A stretch of DNA of 64,000 nucleotides from Pseudomonadota bacterium (GTDB taxonomy: Bacteria > Pseudomonadota > Gammaproteobacteria > Burkholderiales > Gallionellaceae). Below the pieces are notes generated by a model. That model made no database searches, was not told the DNA's origin, and saw only the letters and a list, made by a program, of their open reading frames with translations. Every line of letters starts with the position of its first letter. The stretch's first letter is position 1. The stretch is taken from contig JBDRPJ010000007.1 of the NCBI GenBank assembly GCA_043827165.1, forward strand, positions 123,374 to 187,373. Direction: 5' to 3'. The position numbers and the translations under genes were made by a program. This document shows positions 11,566 to 22,277 of this stretch, piece by piece.

Positions 11566-12381
11566 ATGATGAATCGTGAATTCGTTTTTACCGACCAGGA
11601 TTTCCAGAAGATACGTGACCTGATCCATCGCCATGCCGGCATCGCTCTGGCGGACAGCAAGCAGGAACTGGTCTACAGCCGCTTGGCGAGAAGGCTGCGC
11701 GTGACCGGGATCAAGACCTTCTCGGAATATCTGTCTTTCCTGCAGAAAGGTCACGAGGATGAATGGGAAGCCTTCGTCAATTCCCTGACCACCAATCTCA
11801 CCTCGTTCTTCCGCGAGGCGCATCACTTCAATTTGCTGGCGGATTTCCTGCGGCAACTTGGTGCGTCCCGACCGATACGTCTGTGGTGTTCGGCCTGCTC
11901 CACCGGCGAAGAGGCGTATTCGATGGCGATCACCGCCGCGGAGACGTTCGGCGGTTTCGATCATTCGGTACGCATCATCGCTTCGGATCTGGATAGCCAT
12001 GTGCTGGTCACAGCAAGAACCGGCCGTTACAAAGCGGATGCCGTACTCAAACTTGGTGCGGAACGCGTAGCCCGCTTCTTTCTTCCTGACGGGGACGGGC
12101 ATTTCAAAGTGCGTCCGGAGTTGCAGCAGTGCATCGAGTTCAAGCGCATCAATCTGCTCGATGCGAACTATCCGGTCCGTGAGAAGCTGGATGGCATCTT
12201 CTGCCGCAATGTGATGATCTACTTCGACAAGGATACCCAGCTCGGCATCCTGAAGAAGTTCGCGCCCTTGCTGCACCCGCATGGTCTGCTATTCGCGGGG
12301 CATTCGGAGAGTTTCTATCATGCCGCCGCCTATTTCAAATTGCGCGGACAGACCGTCTACGAGTTGGCCAAGCATGCCTGA
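11566..12381 (+). CDS. cheR: Chemotaxis methyltransferase CheR
   Basis: LTTNLTSFFRE, WCSACSTGEEAYS, IFCRNVMIYFD, GHSES. Start uncertain (11536/11566/11569). Confidence 0.95.
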   Translation: MMNREFVFTDQDFQKIRDLIHRHAGIALADSKQELVYSRLARRLRVTGIKTFSEYLSFLQKGHEDEWEAFVNSLTTNLTSFFREAHHFNLLADFLRQLGASRPIRLWCSACSTGEEAYSMAITAAETFGGFDHSVRIIASDLDSHVLVTARTGRYKADAVLKLGAERVARFFLPDGDGHFKVRPELQQCIEFKRINLLDANYPVREKLDGIFCRNVMIYFDKDTQLGILKKFAPLLHPHGLLFAGHSESFYHAAAYFKLRGQTVYELAKHA

Positions 12382-12952
12382 GGGACGCATCATCGTCGTG
12401 GGCTCTTCCACTGGCGGAACGGATGCTTTGCGCATATTCCTGTCGAAGATGCCGGTAGATGCACCGCCTATCCTGATCGCGCAGCACATGCCCGAGTCTT
12501 TTGTGCCTTCTTTCGCGGAGCGTCTGGACGGACTGTGCAAGCTGAAGGTCAAGTTAGCCGAACAAGGTGAAAACATCCGCGGGGGGACGGTATATCTCTC
12601 CCCGGGTAATGCGCATCTGCAGATCGCGAGAAATGGCACGGGATATCGCATCCATCTGAATGACGGACCGCCTGTGAACTTCCATCGTCCTTCGGTGGAG
12701 ATGCTGTTCCGATCTGCTGCCAGTGTATTGGGCGCGCGCGTCGTCGGTGTGATGCTGACCGGTATGGGCAAGGACGGGGCGGTCGCCATGCTGGAGATGA
12801 AGCAGGCCGGTGCCATCAATCTGGCCCAGGATGAAGAGAGTTGCGTGGTGTTCGGTATGCCGCGTGCGGCGATCGAGCTGGGCGCGGTGGATGAGGTGTT
12901 GCCGCTGGAGAGGATCGCCGAGCGGGCGATCATGCGCAGCCGGGAATACTGA
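12374..12952 (+). CDS. cheB: CheB methylesterase catalytic domain only (no receiver)
   Basis: GSSTGG, QHMP, RPSV, LTGMGKDG, VVFGMP. ATG 12374 overlaps the cheR stop. Confidence 0.9.
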   Translation: MPEGRIIVVGSSTGGTDALRIFLSKMPVDAPPILIAQHMPESFVPSFAERLDGLCKLKVKLAEQGENIRGGTVYLSPGNAHLQIARNGTGYRIHLNDGPPVNFHRPSVEMLFRSAASVLGARVVGVMLTGMGKDGAVAMLEMKQAGAINLAQDEESCVVFGMPRAAIELGAVDEVLPLERIAERAIMRSREY

Positions 12953-12992
12953 GCGGGTGGCGATGCGCGGACGCGTCCCCACCCATTAATGA

Positions 12993-14462
12993 TCAGCCAC
13001 GCTTCGCTATCTGCGGGTGCTTGTCGGCGACCATCTGGTCTATGATTGCCATCACCTCCAGGCTGGCGTTTTCCGCCTCCTTCAATTGCGCCAAAATCTG
13101 ATCCTGCAAGGATTCGTCGTGTGCCCAGTCGCGTTCCATCAGTGACAGCATCTGGTGAACGGAGCCGTGCACCTTGCCGTGCGGCACATCCAGTTTGCGG
13201 AACGATGGCATCTCGCCGAACACCTCTTTACCGGCGCCTTCGTACCACTTGCCCAGACGGCAGTTGTGATGATCGACCCCGACCGCGGTCTTGTATTCCT
13301 CGTTGTCCCAGTCGTTGACCAGTACATAGGCGCGCTGCTTGTAGATGACGTGGTCGACCTTCACCAGCGACGCGAAACTCAGGTCCTGAGCGTAGCGGGC
13401 GCTGGCCAGCGAGGTCACAGCTGATTCGTAGAACTGGCCGAACTTGTGTTCCAGCTTGCCGATAACACTCTGCGAGGAATTGGCGATCTCGTGCATCTCC
13501 TGCGAGTCGGTCAGCATCTTGGCTGATTCGCTCTGCAGCATCAGCATGATGCGTCCGATCGATTCTGAGGCGTTCTTGGTGTTCTCGGCCAGCTTGCGCA
13601 CCTCGTCCGCCACCACGGCGAAGCCGCGTCCGGCTTCGCCCGCACGGGCCGCCTCGATGGCGGCATTGAGTGCGAGCAGGTTGGTCTGGTCGGCGATGGA
13701 AGTGATCAGGCCGACCGCCTTGGTGATCTCGCTGCTGCGTGCATTGAGGTTGGTGATCGCCTCGTTGGCGTGGTTCACACGCGCCACGATACCCGACAGG
13801 CGCTGCACCACATCCTTCACCGATGCACGGCTTTCCTCGGCATCCTCGCGCGTGCGGCGCGAGATACGGGCCAGCTCTTCCATGTTGTCGGTGATGGTCT
13901 TCAGATCATTCTGGTTGGAGACCAGGTTCTTCAGCAAGTTGTCGGTGTTCAGGTGGTGGGCGCGCGACAACATATGGGTGCGCATGGCACTGCGCTTCTG
14001 CTCGGCCATGCCGTCCAGCAGGATGTTCTGGTTGGTCAGCCCCTTCTTGAAGCCGCCGTGGACGCCGCCGCTCATCGCCTGGCGTTCGAAGTTGCCTGCC
14101 AGATTGGCGCGGAAGCTGGTCTCCTGCTCGCGGAAGAAGGTGGCCAACTGGTCCAGCATGTCGTTCACGTCCCAGCACAGCAGACTGATCTCGTCGTGGG
14201 CATGGCCGATGCCGGTGATGCGGGAATTGAACTTGCCGGCGGCTACGTCATTGACCACGGCCTCGACCTTCTTCAGGGGGGCCAGCCACCGACGGGTCAG
14301 CCATTGCCCCGTGGTAGAGACCGCGATACCCACTACCAGGAAGGTGATCATGAATGCATCGAAACCATGACGGGCGAAACTGGTCAGGATGATGACCAGC
14401 GTGCCGAAGGAGAACGCCCACAGCAGGGCGGAGAATCTAGATTGCAAGGACCAGTTCGTCAT
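12993..14462 (-). CDS. MCP with TM hairpin, HAMP, signalling and CZB domains (CetA-like)
   Basis: Two closely spaced TM helices, MCP core, DHVIYK / [10 protein letters not shown] / PHGKVH. Confidence 0.9.
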   Translation of the reverse strand: MTNWSLQSRFSALLWAFSFGTLVIILTSFARHGFDAFMITFLVVGIAVSTTGQWLTRRWLAPLKKVEAVVNDVAAGKFNSRITGIGHAHDEISLLCWDVNDMLDQLATFFREQETSFRANLAGNFERQAMSGGVHGGFKKGLTNQNILLDGMAEQKRSAMRTHMLSRAHHLNTDNLLKNLVSNQNDLKTITDNMEELARISRRTREDAEESRASVKDVVQRLSGIVARVNHANEAITNLNARSSEITKAVGLITSIADQTNLLALNAAIEAARAGEAGRGFAVVADEVRKLAENTKNASESIGRIMLMLQSESAKMLTDSQEMHEIANSSQSVIGKLEHKFGQFYESAVTSLASARYAQDLSFASLVKVDHVIYKQRAYVLVNDWDNEEYKTAVGVDHHNCRLGKWYEGAGKEVFGEMPSFRKLDVPHGKVHGSVHQMLSLMERDWAHDESLQDQILAQLKEAENASLEVMAIIDQMVADKHPQIAKRG

Positions 14463-14955
14463 AGCTCATTCCTTTTTCGTTCAGGATATCCACCAGGATC
14501 TTGGTGGATGCCGGGATGGCATTGGCCGGACCGGCCTTGCGCTCCGCTTCCAGCATGGCGGCATACAGCGGCGTCACCGCATCGATACCGCTGCGTTTGG
14601 GTTTGCGTCGCACGGAGAGATAGCCGTTGATGTTGCCGGAAGGGTCGAAGGTCGGCGTCACGTTGGTGAACACCCAGTAGAAAGCGCCGTCCTTGGACAT
14701 GTTCTTCACATAGGCGAAACACTCTTCCTTTTTCTGGATCTTGTCCCACAGCAACTGGAACACGGCGCGGGGCATATCCGGATGGCGGATGATGTTGTGC
14801 TGGGTACCCAGCAGTTCTTCTTCCTGATAGCCGGAGAATTCGATGAAGATACGGTTGCCGTAGGTGATGCGCCCTTTGGTATCGGTCATGGAGACGATGA
14901 AGTCGTCGTCCCGCATCACTCTCTCGACCGAGGTCGGCGTGATATTCCTTTTCAT
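14437..14955 (-). CDS. Stand-alone Aer-like PAS protein (CetB-like)
   Basis: [47 protein letters not shown]. Overlaps the start of the downstream MCP. Confidence 0.9.
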   Translation of the reverse strand: MKRNITPTSVERVMRDDDFIVSMTDTKGRITYGNRIFIEFSGYQEEELLGTQHNIIRHPDMPRAVFQLLWDKIQKKEECFAYVKNMSKDGAFYWVFTNVTPTFDPSGNINGYLSVRRKPKRSGIDAVTPLYAAMLEAERKAGPANAIPASTKILVDILNEKGMSYDELVLAI

Positions 14956-14986
14956 ACTTCCCCCTGATGCATATGTCTAATGATTC

Positions 14987-15013
14987 TTATCGGCCACCTC
15001 TGTAGTTGCTTGA
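14987..15013 (-). promoter_or_regulatory. Sigma-28 (FliA) promoter
   Basis: Minus strand reads TCAAG-N14-GCCGATAA about 30 bp upstream of the PAS gene start; matches the FliA consensus. Confidence 0.8.
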
Positions 15014-15154
15014 GGTGCCTGCCGCAATGATGCCATCTTATGTCGGTCTGGTGCATTGGAATCTATGCAATAGGGCTGAAAAACCCCTTCATTTCGCGCC
15101 CTTGCCACGCGCGAACCCGTCCTATGATCGCCACACCGATAAAGGATGGATGAC

Positions 15155-16318
15155 ATGGCCGGTCAGGACAGCGATCTCGAAAAGACAGAATTACCCTCGC
15201 AACGCAAACTTGACAAGGCGCGCGAGGATGGTCAGGTTGCGCGCTCGCGCGAGCTGTCCACTTTCATGGGCCTTGTGGCCGGTGGTGCCGGGCTCTGGAT
15301 GATGGGTGAGGTGCTGGGCCAGGGGATGCTGCGGCTTCTGCATAACGGGCTGACACTGGATCGGGCGCTTGCTTTCAACATCGAGCTGATGGTGCCAAGG
15401 CTGCATGATCTGTTCATGGACATCCTGCTCACCTTCGTGCCATTCCTCGTGATGCTGGTGCTGGTGGCGCTACTCTCGCCGCTGCTGATGAGTGGCTGGC
15501 TGTTTTCGCCCAAGGCTTTACAGCCGAAATTCGGCAAACTCAATCCTTTCAGCGGCATAAAGCGCATGTTTTCCGCCCACAGTCTGATCGAACTGCTCAA
15601 GGCGCTGGGCAAGGCGATCCTGGTCGGCGGTATCGGTGCCTGGGTGGTATGGGCCAATCGCGACGAAGTGATGCAACTGGTGAGCGAGCCGGTCGTGCGC
15701 GCTATCCCGCATCTGAATGACATGATCTGGTGGAGCTATGCCGCCATCATGGCGGGCATGGTGTTGATCGTGGTCATCGATGTACCGTTCCAGCTTTACG
15801 AACACACCAAGAAGCTGAAGATGACCAAGGAAGAGGTCCGCCAGGAAGGTAAGGAGACCGAGGGGAATCCGCAGGTCAAGGGACGCATCCGCAGCATGCA
15901 GCGCGAGATCGCACGCCGCCGCATGATGTCCGAGATCCCGACCGCCGACGTGGTGGTGACCAACCCGACCCACTATTCGGTCGCACTCAAATACAGCGAG
16001 GACAAGATGCGCGCGCCTATCGTGGTAGCCAAGGGTTCACACCTGTTGGCGGCCAAGATCAAAGAGATCGCCAAGGAACACAACGTGCCTATCCTCGAAG
16101 CACCACCGCTGGCGCGTGCCTTGCATAAACACAGCGAGTTAGGTGCGCCTATTCCAGAAGCGCTTTACACGGCTGTCGCGGAAGTGCTGGCCTATGTCTA
16201 CCAGCTGCGTCGCTACAAGAAGCAGGGCGGGGTCAAGCCGGTGAAGCCGGGCGAGTTGCCCGTGCCCAAGGAACTCGACCCGCTGACCAAAGAGTTGGCC
16301 GAAGCGGCTGCTGATTGA
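15155..16318 (+). CDS. flhB: Flagellar export protein FlhB
   Basis: EKTELPS, KETEGNPQVK, autocleavage motif TNPTH. Start 15146 or 15155. Confidence 0.96.
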   Translation: MAGQDSDLEKTELPSQRKLDKAREDGQVARSRELSTFMGLVAGGAGLWMMGEVLGQGMLRLLHNGLTLDRALAFNIELMVPRLHDLFMDILLTFVPFLVMLVLVALLSPLLMSGWLFSPKALQPKFGKLNPFSGIKRMFSAHSLIELLKALGKAILVGGIGAWVVWANRDEVMQLVSEPVVRAIPHLNDMIWWSYAAIMAGMVLIVVIDVPFQLYEHTKKLKMTKEEVRQEGKETEGNPQVKGRIRSMQREIARRRMMSEIPTADVVVTNPTHYSVALKYSEDKMRAPIVVAKGSHLLAAKIKEIAKEHNVPILEAPPLARALHKHSELGAPIPEALYTAVAEVLAYVYQLRRYKKQGGVKPVKPGELPVPKELDPLTKELAEAAAD

Positions 16319-16461
16319 TGCAGTGCCCAGGCACTGCGATTAATAGCCGCACAATTCCCCTTCTATTCCCACCTTTGATTTGACGCACCCTCCAGATAAT
16401 ACGTACGAGCCATGAGCCCCCTTTGGGGCGCGGCGAAACGGATAGCAGAACGGGGCGCGAC

Positions 16462-18546
16462 ATGAACGACATCATCAATACACTCAAGGGATCACTTACC
16501 AGTACCGGCGTGCGCGGTTTGGCCGGGCCGTTGCTGATCGTGATGATCCTGTCGATGATGGTGTTGCCGTTGCCGCCGCTGCTGCTCGACATGCTGTTCA
16601 CCTTCAACATCGCGCTGGCCATCATGGTGCTGCTGGTGGCGATGAACACCACTAAGCCGCTGGACTTCGCGGTGTTCCCTGCGGTGCTGCTGATCTCCAC
16701 CCTGCTGCGACTCTCGCTCAACGTCGCTTCCACGCGCGTGGTGCTGCTGGAAGGACACACCGGCCCGGCTGCAGCCGGCAAGGTGATCGAATCGTTCGGC
16801 CACTTCCTGGTCGGCGGCAACTACGCCGTCGGTCTGGTGGTGTTCATCATCCTGGTCATTATCAATTTCGTGGTCATCACCAAGGGTGCGGGCCGTATCG
16901 CCGAGGTCGGCGCGCGCTTTACTCTGGATGCCATGCCCGGCAAGCAGATGGCCATCGATGCGGACCTGAACGCGGGTCTGATCGGCGAGGATGCGGCACG
17001 CAAGCGCCGCGCCGAGATATCGCAGGAAGCCGAGTTCTACGGTGCCATGGACGGTGCTTCAAAATTCGTGCGCGGTGATGCCGTGGCCGGCATCATGATC
17101 ATGCTGATCAACGTGGTCGGCGGTCTGGTGGTCGGCATGTTGCAGCATGATCTCGATCTGGCGACTGCCGCCAAGTACTACACCCTGCTCACCATCGGCG
17201 ACGGTCTGGTGGCGCAGATCCCGGCGCTGGTGATCTCCACTGCTGCCGGTATGGTGGTGAGCCGCGTTGCTTCCGAAGATAACATCGGCCAGCAACTGAG
17301 CAAGCAGCTGATCTCCAATCCCCATGTCATCGTGCTGACCGCCGCCATCATCGGCCTGATGGGCATGATCCCCGGTATGCCGCATTTCGCCTTCCTGATG
17401 CTGGCCGGCGCAATGGGCTGGTTCGCCTATTTCCTGATGCAGAAGGGCAAGCAGGCGCAGGTGCAGGAGCAGGAAGTGCAGGCCCAGGAAGTGGTGATCC
17501 CCGAAGCGGCCGAAGCCAGTTGGGAAGACGTGTCCCAGGTGGATGTGCTGGGTCTGGAAGTGGGCTACCGCCTGATCGCGCTGGTGGACAAGGCGCAGGA
17601 CGGCGACCTGCTGCGCCGCATCAAGGGTATCCGCAAGAAATTCACGCAGGACATGGGCTTCCTGCCGCCACCCGTGCATATCCGTGACAACCTCGATCTG
17701 TCGCCGAACAGTTATCGCATCACGCTCAAGGGGGCCGAGATCGGCAGTGGCGAAGCCTATGCGCAACAACTGCTGGCGATCAATCCCGGCAATGTGAGCG
17801 GCATGTTGCCCGGTACGCCAACCAAAGACCCGGCCTTCGGACTGCCCGCTATCTGGATCGAGCAGAACCTGCGCGACCAGGCGCAGGCTATGGGTTATAC
17901 CGTGGTTGATGCCGGTACCGTGGTGGCGACCCATATGAGTCACCTGATCCAGACCTACGCCGCCGAGCTGCTCGGCCGTCAGGAGCTGCAACAATTGCTG
18001 GACCATCTGGGCAAGCTTGCGCCCAAGCTGACCGAAGACCTGATCCCCAACCTGCTGCCGTTCACCACCGTGCAGAAGGTGCTGCAGAACCTCCTCGACG
18101 AAGGCATGCATATCCGCGATATGCGCACCATCCTCGAGACACTGGCCGAGCATGCGCCGAGAACGCAGGACGCTACCGTACTCACCTCGCTGGTGCGGGT
18201 CGGACTGGGCGCCGCTATCGTGCAGCAATACTATCCGTCGTCGCAGGAGCTGCAGGTCATCGGTATGGACAAGGAACTGGAATACGTGCTCGGTCAGGCC
18301 TTGCAGGCGGGCGGTTCCGCCATCGAGCCGGGACTGGCCAATACCCTGCTCAACGAAGCACGTGCCGCCGCCGCTGCTCAGGAGCGGCTGGGTCTGCCCA
18401 CCGTATTGCTGGTGCCCGGCGGCCTGCGCGATCTGTTGGCACGCTTCCTGAAACGCGCCGTACCGCAACTCAAAGTCATTTCCCAAGAAGAAGTGCCCGG
18501 TTTCAAAACGATCCGGGTGACAGCCATGGTAGGAGGTAGAGCATGA
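16462..18546 (+). CDS. flhA: Flagellar export protein FlhA
   Basis: RLSLNVASTR, ARFTLDAMPGKQMAIDADL, FYGAMDGASKFV. Confidence 0.97.
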   Translation: MNDIINTLKGSLTSTGVRGLAGPLLIVMILSMMVLPLPPLLLDMLFTFNIALAIMVLLVAMNTTKPLDFAVFPAVLLISTLLRLSLNVASTRVVLLEGHTGPAAAGKVIESFGHFLVGGNYAVGLVVFIILVIINFVVITKGAGRIAEVGARFTLDAMPGKQMAIDADLNAGLIGEDAARKRRAEISQEAEFYGAMDGASKFVRGDAVAGIMIMLINVVGGLVVGMLQHDLDLATAAKYYTLLTIGDGLVAQIPALVISTAAGMVVSRVASEDNIGQQLSKQLISNPHVIVLTAAIIGLMGMIPGMPHFAFLMLAGAMGWFAYFLMQKGKQAQVQEQEVQAQEVVIPEAAEASWEDVSQVDVLGLEVGYRLIALVDKAQDGDLLRRIKGIRKKFTQDMGFLPPPVHIRDNLDLSPNSYRITLKGAEIGSGEAYAQQLLAINPGNVSGMLPGTPTKDPAFGLPAIWIEQNLRDQAQAMGYTVVDAGTVVATHMSHLIQTYAAELLGRQELQQLLDHLGKLAPKLTEDLIPNLLPFTTVQKVLQNLLDEGMHIRDMRTILETLAEHAPRTQDATVLTSLVRVGLGAAIVQQYYPSSQELQVIGMDKELEYVLGQALQAGGSAIEPGLANTLLNEARAAAAAQERLGLPTVLLVPGGLRDLLARFLKRAVPQLKVISQEEVPGFKTIRVTAMVGGRA

Positions 18547-19829
18547 ACGCAAGAAAATTCATCGCAGGTAGCTCACGCGAGGCCCTGAAACTGGTACGCA
18601 TCGAACTGGGCGAGGACGCCGTCATCCTGTCCAATCGCAAAGTGGCCGAGGGGGTCGAGATCGTCGCCATCCCGGGCAGCGAGTTGGCCCATCTGAACGA
18701 GACACGTGTGGTCGAATCACGCGCCTCCTCCAAGCCACGCCTCGACAAACGCATAGAACCCCGTTCCGGTCTTTCCGATCGTGCGCAGAGCCAGGCCGCC
18801 ACACTTGGCGCGAAAGTGCTCGCGGCGGAAACGCAACGTGTTGTGACGCCGACTCCCGCTATCGCTGAAGCGGCGCAAGAACCCGCCGAGCAACAGCGCC
18901 TGTTGAGCGAACTCAAGTCCATGCACAAACAGATGCAGGAGCAGATGGCCACCTTGGCCTGGGGCAACATCCAGCAACAGGATCCGAAGCGCTCCGGTCT
19001 GATGCGTGACATGGTCAATGTAGGCTTCAGTCCGGCCTTGTCGCGCCGCTTGCTGGACAAGATGCCGGCCAACGCCGATCTGGATTGGGTCAAGCGCATC
19101 CTCGCGCACAACCTGCGCGTGGCCGGTGTACAGGACGACGTGGTGACGCGCGGCGGTGTGTATGCGCTGGTCGGCCCCACCGGCGTTGGCAAGACTACCA
19201 CCACAGCCAAGCTGGCCGCACGTGCGGTGGTGCGTTACGGCGCGGACAAGGTGGCACTGGTCACCACCGACAGCTACCGTGTCGGTGCCTATGAACAACT
19301 GCGCATCTACGCCAAGATCCTCGGCGTGAGCGTACATGCCGTGCGCGATGCCAACGATCTGAAACTCACCCTGTCCGGTCTCAAACACAAGCATCTGGTA
19401 CTGATCGACACCATGGGTGTGGGCCAGCGCGACAGCCGCGTGGCCGAGCAGAATCGCATGTTCGACGAAGCCGGCATCGGCCGCTTGCTGCTGCTGAACG
19501 CTACCAGTGCAGGCGGCACGCTGGATGATGTGGTGAAGATGTACGGCGGACCGGGTGTGATCGGTTGCATCCCGACCAAATTGGACGAAGCGGTCACGCT
19601 GGGCACGGTGCTCGATGTGGTGGCGCGCCACAAACTGGCCATGCATTACATCGCCAGCGGCCAGCGCGTGCCGGAAGACCTGCATGAGGTGAAGCTGGAC
19701 TATCTGCTGCACCGCACCTTCAAGGACGTTGGCAAGGCCTCCAACTTTGCACTGCCGGAAATGGATTTCCCGGCCTTCATGGCCGGGCTGACCAGCGGTG
19801 TCCCCGCAGGGAGGGAGTATGCGCACTGA
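18543..19829 (+). CDS. flhF: Flagellar SRP-type GTPase FlhF
   Basis: GPTGVGKTTT, TTDSYR, LIDTMG, TKLDE, GQRVPEDL. Confidence 0.95.
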   Translation: MNARKFIAGSSREALKLVRIELGEDAVILSNRKVAEGVEIVAIPGSELAHLNETRVVESRASSKPRLDKRIEPRSGLSDRAQSQAATLGAKVLAAETQRVVTPTPAIAEAAQEPAEQQRLLSELKSMHKQMQEQMATLAWGNIQQQDPKRSGLMRDMVNVGFSPALSRRLLDKMPANADLDWVKRILAHNLRVAGVQDDVVTRGGVYALVGPTGVGKTTTTAKLAARAVVRYGADKVALVTTDSYRVGAYEQLRIYAKILGVSVHAVRDANDLKLTLSGLKHKHLVLIDTMGVGQRDSRVAEQNRMFDEAGIGRLLLLNATSAGGTLDDVVKMYGGPGVIGCIPTKLDEAVTLGTVLDVVARHKLAMHYIASGQRVPEDLHEVKLDYLLHRTFKDVGKASNFALPEMDFPAFMAGLTSGVPAGREYAH

Positions 19830-20748
19830 TAGCCAGACCTTCGGCTTCGGCGATCAGGCCGCCGGACTGCGCAAACTGCTGGCACGCGGCAATGCCCAGG
19901 TGATCACCGTGCTGGGCGCGCGCGACGGATTGGGCGCGACCAGTATCGTCACCAATCTGGCGGCGGTGTTCGCCCATGCCGGCAAAGACGTGCTGGTGTT
20001 GGACGAGAACCTGTCGCACGACAATGTGGCCAACACGCTGGCGCTGCGTCCGCGTTACGACCTGCTGCATGCGGCACGCGGCGACAAGACCTGGCAGGAT
20101 GTGCTGCTGCAGGGCATGGCCGGTCCCGGCGTGTTGCCGGTGGCGCGCGCGATGCAGGCACTGCCCAAGATGGAGGAGGCCGAGCGCGAACGTCTGCTGG
20201 AATCGCTGCTGGGGGCGGCAGTGGGGCGAGATGTGGTGCTGGTGGATGCGGCCCGCGATGGCAATTCGGTGTGCGCCAGCCTGTCCGGCGACGAACCCTT
20301 GCTGCTGGTATTGAACGCAACCGCCTGCGGCATCACCGAAAGCTACGCCTTATTGAAGAAGATGGCGGTGCACAACGGCCGTCAGGCCTTTGATATCGTG
20401 GTCAACCGTGTCGGCAGCGAACGCGAGGCACTGGCGGTGTTCGACAACATGGAAAAGGTCGCGCGTCACCATTTGCAGGTAAGCCTTTCGTATCTGGGCT
20501 ATATTCCAGTTGATGAAAAGTTGCTTCGTGCGACACAATTGTGCCGTCCGGTAGTGGATGCGTTCCCCTCGGCAGCATCGTCGATGGCGATGCGCGAGAT
20601 TGCACAAGGACTGCTGCGCGCACCTAGCGTCAGTGAACATGTGCAGGACCGTCTGAGCAGCGTCATGCAAAGACTGATGCGCATGTCGCAGCCGCGCAGT
20701 GCGCAGGCGATGCGCTCGCACACAGGCGGCATGGCAGCGCTGACATGA
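19819..20748 (+). CDS. flhG: FlhG/FleN MinD-like protein with degenerate P-loop
   Basis: DQAAGLR N-terminus, lies between flhF and fliA, ITESYALLK, LGYIPVD. P-loop reads GARDGLGAT. Confidence 0.85.
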   Translation: MRTDSQTFGFGDQAAGLRKLLARGNAQVITVLGARDGLGATSIVTNLAAVFAHAGKDVLVLDENLSHDNVANTLALRPRYDLLHAARGDKTWQDVLLQGMAGPGVLPVARAMQALPKMEEAERERLLESLLGAAVGRDVVLVDAARDGNSVCASLSGDEPLLLVLNATACGITESYALLKKMAVHNGRQAFDIVVNRVGSEREALAVFDNMEKVARHHLQVSLSYLGYIPVDEKLLRATQLCRPVVDAFPSAASSMAMREIAQGLLRAPSVSEHVQDRLSSVMQRLMRMSQPRSAQAMRSHTGGMAALT

Positions 20749-20825
20749 GCCCCGTTGCCGTCGCTGAGGCGCCGGTAACGCGCCAGGCACAGTCCACTGC
20801 CGGCAAGATCGGAAGAATAAAGAAA

Positions 20826-21536
20826 ATGTACACGCCCAATGGATTGAACGATAAGAACCAATGCCTGCAGGAACATGCGGCATTGGTGAAGCGTATCGCT
20901 CACCATATGATGCTGAAACTGCCTGGCAGTGTGGATGTGGACGACCTGATACAGGCCGGCATGATCGGTTTGCTGGACGCCGCTAGCCGCTATGACGAAC
21001 TGCGCGGCGCACAGTTCGAGACCTATGCGGCGCAACGTATACGCGGCGCGATGCTGGACGAACTGCGCGGGGCGGACTGGTTGCCGCGCAGCATGCGCCG
21101 CGACACGCGCCGCATCGAGAACGCCATCAGCAAGCTGCAGCAGAAGCTGGGGCGCGCGCCGACCGAGACCGAGATCGCCAAAGAGATGTCGGTCAGCCTG
21201 ACCGAATACCAGCAGTTGTTGCAGGAAGCGCGCGGCGCACAGCTGGTCTACTATGAAGACTTCCACAACGAAGACGATGAGGGTTTCTTCGATCGGCATG
21301 ATTACAGCACCGAGGCCAACCCGCTGGAACTGCTGCAGGACGACCGTTTCCGCACGGCACTGGTGCAGGCCATCGAACGCCTGCCGGAACGCGAGAGATT
21401 ATTGATGGGCATGCACTATGAGCAGGAGATGAATCTGCGTGAGATCGGCGAAGTGATGGGTGTCTCGGAATCGCGCGTGTGCCAATTGCATAGCCAGGCC
21501 GTGGCGCGCTTGCGTACCACTTTGCGGGGACATTGA
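20826..21536 (+). CDS. fliA: Flagellar sigma factor FliA (sigma-28)
   Basis: DDLIQAGMIGL, RIRGAMLDELR, DWLPRS, GVSESRVCQLH. Confidence 0.96.
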   Translation: MYTPNGLNDKNQCLQEHAALVKRIAHHMMLKLPGSVDVDDLIQAGMIGLLDAASRYDELRGAQFETYAAQRIRGAMLDELRGADWLPRSMRRDTRRIENAISKLQQKLGRAPTETEIAKEMSVSLTEYQQLLQEARGAQLVYYEDFHNEDDEGFFDRHDYSTEANPLELLQDDRFRTALVQAIERLPERERLLMGMHYEQEMNLREIGEVMGVSESRVCQLHSQAVARLRTTLRGH

Positions 21537-22276
21537 TGGATATACTCAGCCTGTTCGGACTGGTCATTGCCGTCGCCGGTATCCTGGGCGGCCAGTTTCT
21601 TGAGGGCGGTGCGATCGATGTGCTGCTGCAGACGGCAGCCTTTCTTATCGTGTTTGGCGGCACGCTGGGCGCGGTGATGGTGCAGCATCCGATGAATGTG
21701 TTCATCAGCGGCGTGAAGATGGCCAAGTGGGTGTTCGTCACCCCCAGGAGCGAAGCACAGCAACTGGTCTACCGTCTGACTGCCTGGGGCAATGTGGCAC
21801 GCAAAGACGGCATCCTCGCCCTCGAAGGGCAGATCAAAACCATCAACGATCCCTTCGTTCAGAAGGGGTTGCAGTTGCTGGTGGACGGGCACAGCGCGGA
21901 GAAGGTGCGCGAAGTGCTGGAGATCGACCTGAACAGTTACGAGACATTGCACTGGCAGAGCGCGCGCGTGTGGGAGGCAGCCGCCGGATATTCACCCACC
22001 ATCGGTATCCTGGGGGCTGTACTGGGTCTGGTGCACGTGATGCAGAATCTGGGCGAACCCGCCAAACTGGGTGCCGGTATCGCGGTCGCTTTCATCGCCA
22101 CCATCTATGGTGTGGGTTTCGCCAATCTGGTGTTCCTGCCTATCTCAGGCAAACTCAAGATCCTCATCCAGCGTGAGGTGAACAAGCGCGAGATGGTGAT
22201 CGACGGCCTGTGCATGATCGCCAACGCGGAGAATCCGCACTACATCGAGAACAAGCTCAGGGGTTACCTGCACTGA
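21536..22276 (+). CDS. motC: Flagellar stator protein MotC (MotA family)
   Basis: IVFGGT, GYSPTIGILGAVLGL, AFIATIYG. Confidence 0.9.
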   Translation: MDILSLFGLVIAVAGILGGQFLEGGAIDVLLQTAAFLIVFGGTLGAVMVQHPMNVFISGVKMAKWVFVTPRSEAQQLVYRLTAWGNVARKDGILALEGQIKTINDPFVQKGLQLLVDGHSAEKVREVLEIDLNSYETLHWQSARVWEAAAGYSPTIGILGAVLGLVHVMQNLGEPAKLGAGIAVAFIATIYGVGFANLVFLPISGKLKILIQREVNKREMVIDGLCMIANAENPHYIENKLRGYLH

Positions 22277-22277
22277 T

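Noticed and set aside
1027-13700. Near-identical ~100-bp segment (GACCAGACCAA...GAAGTGCGCAA) recurring five times
   Set aside because: It encodes the conserved MCP signalling hairpin; it is not a repeat element or CRISPR array.
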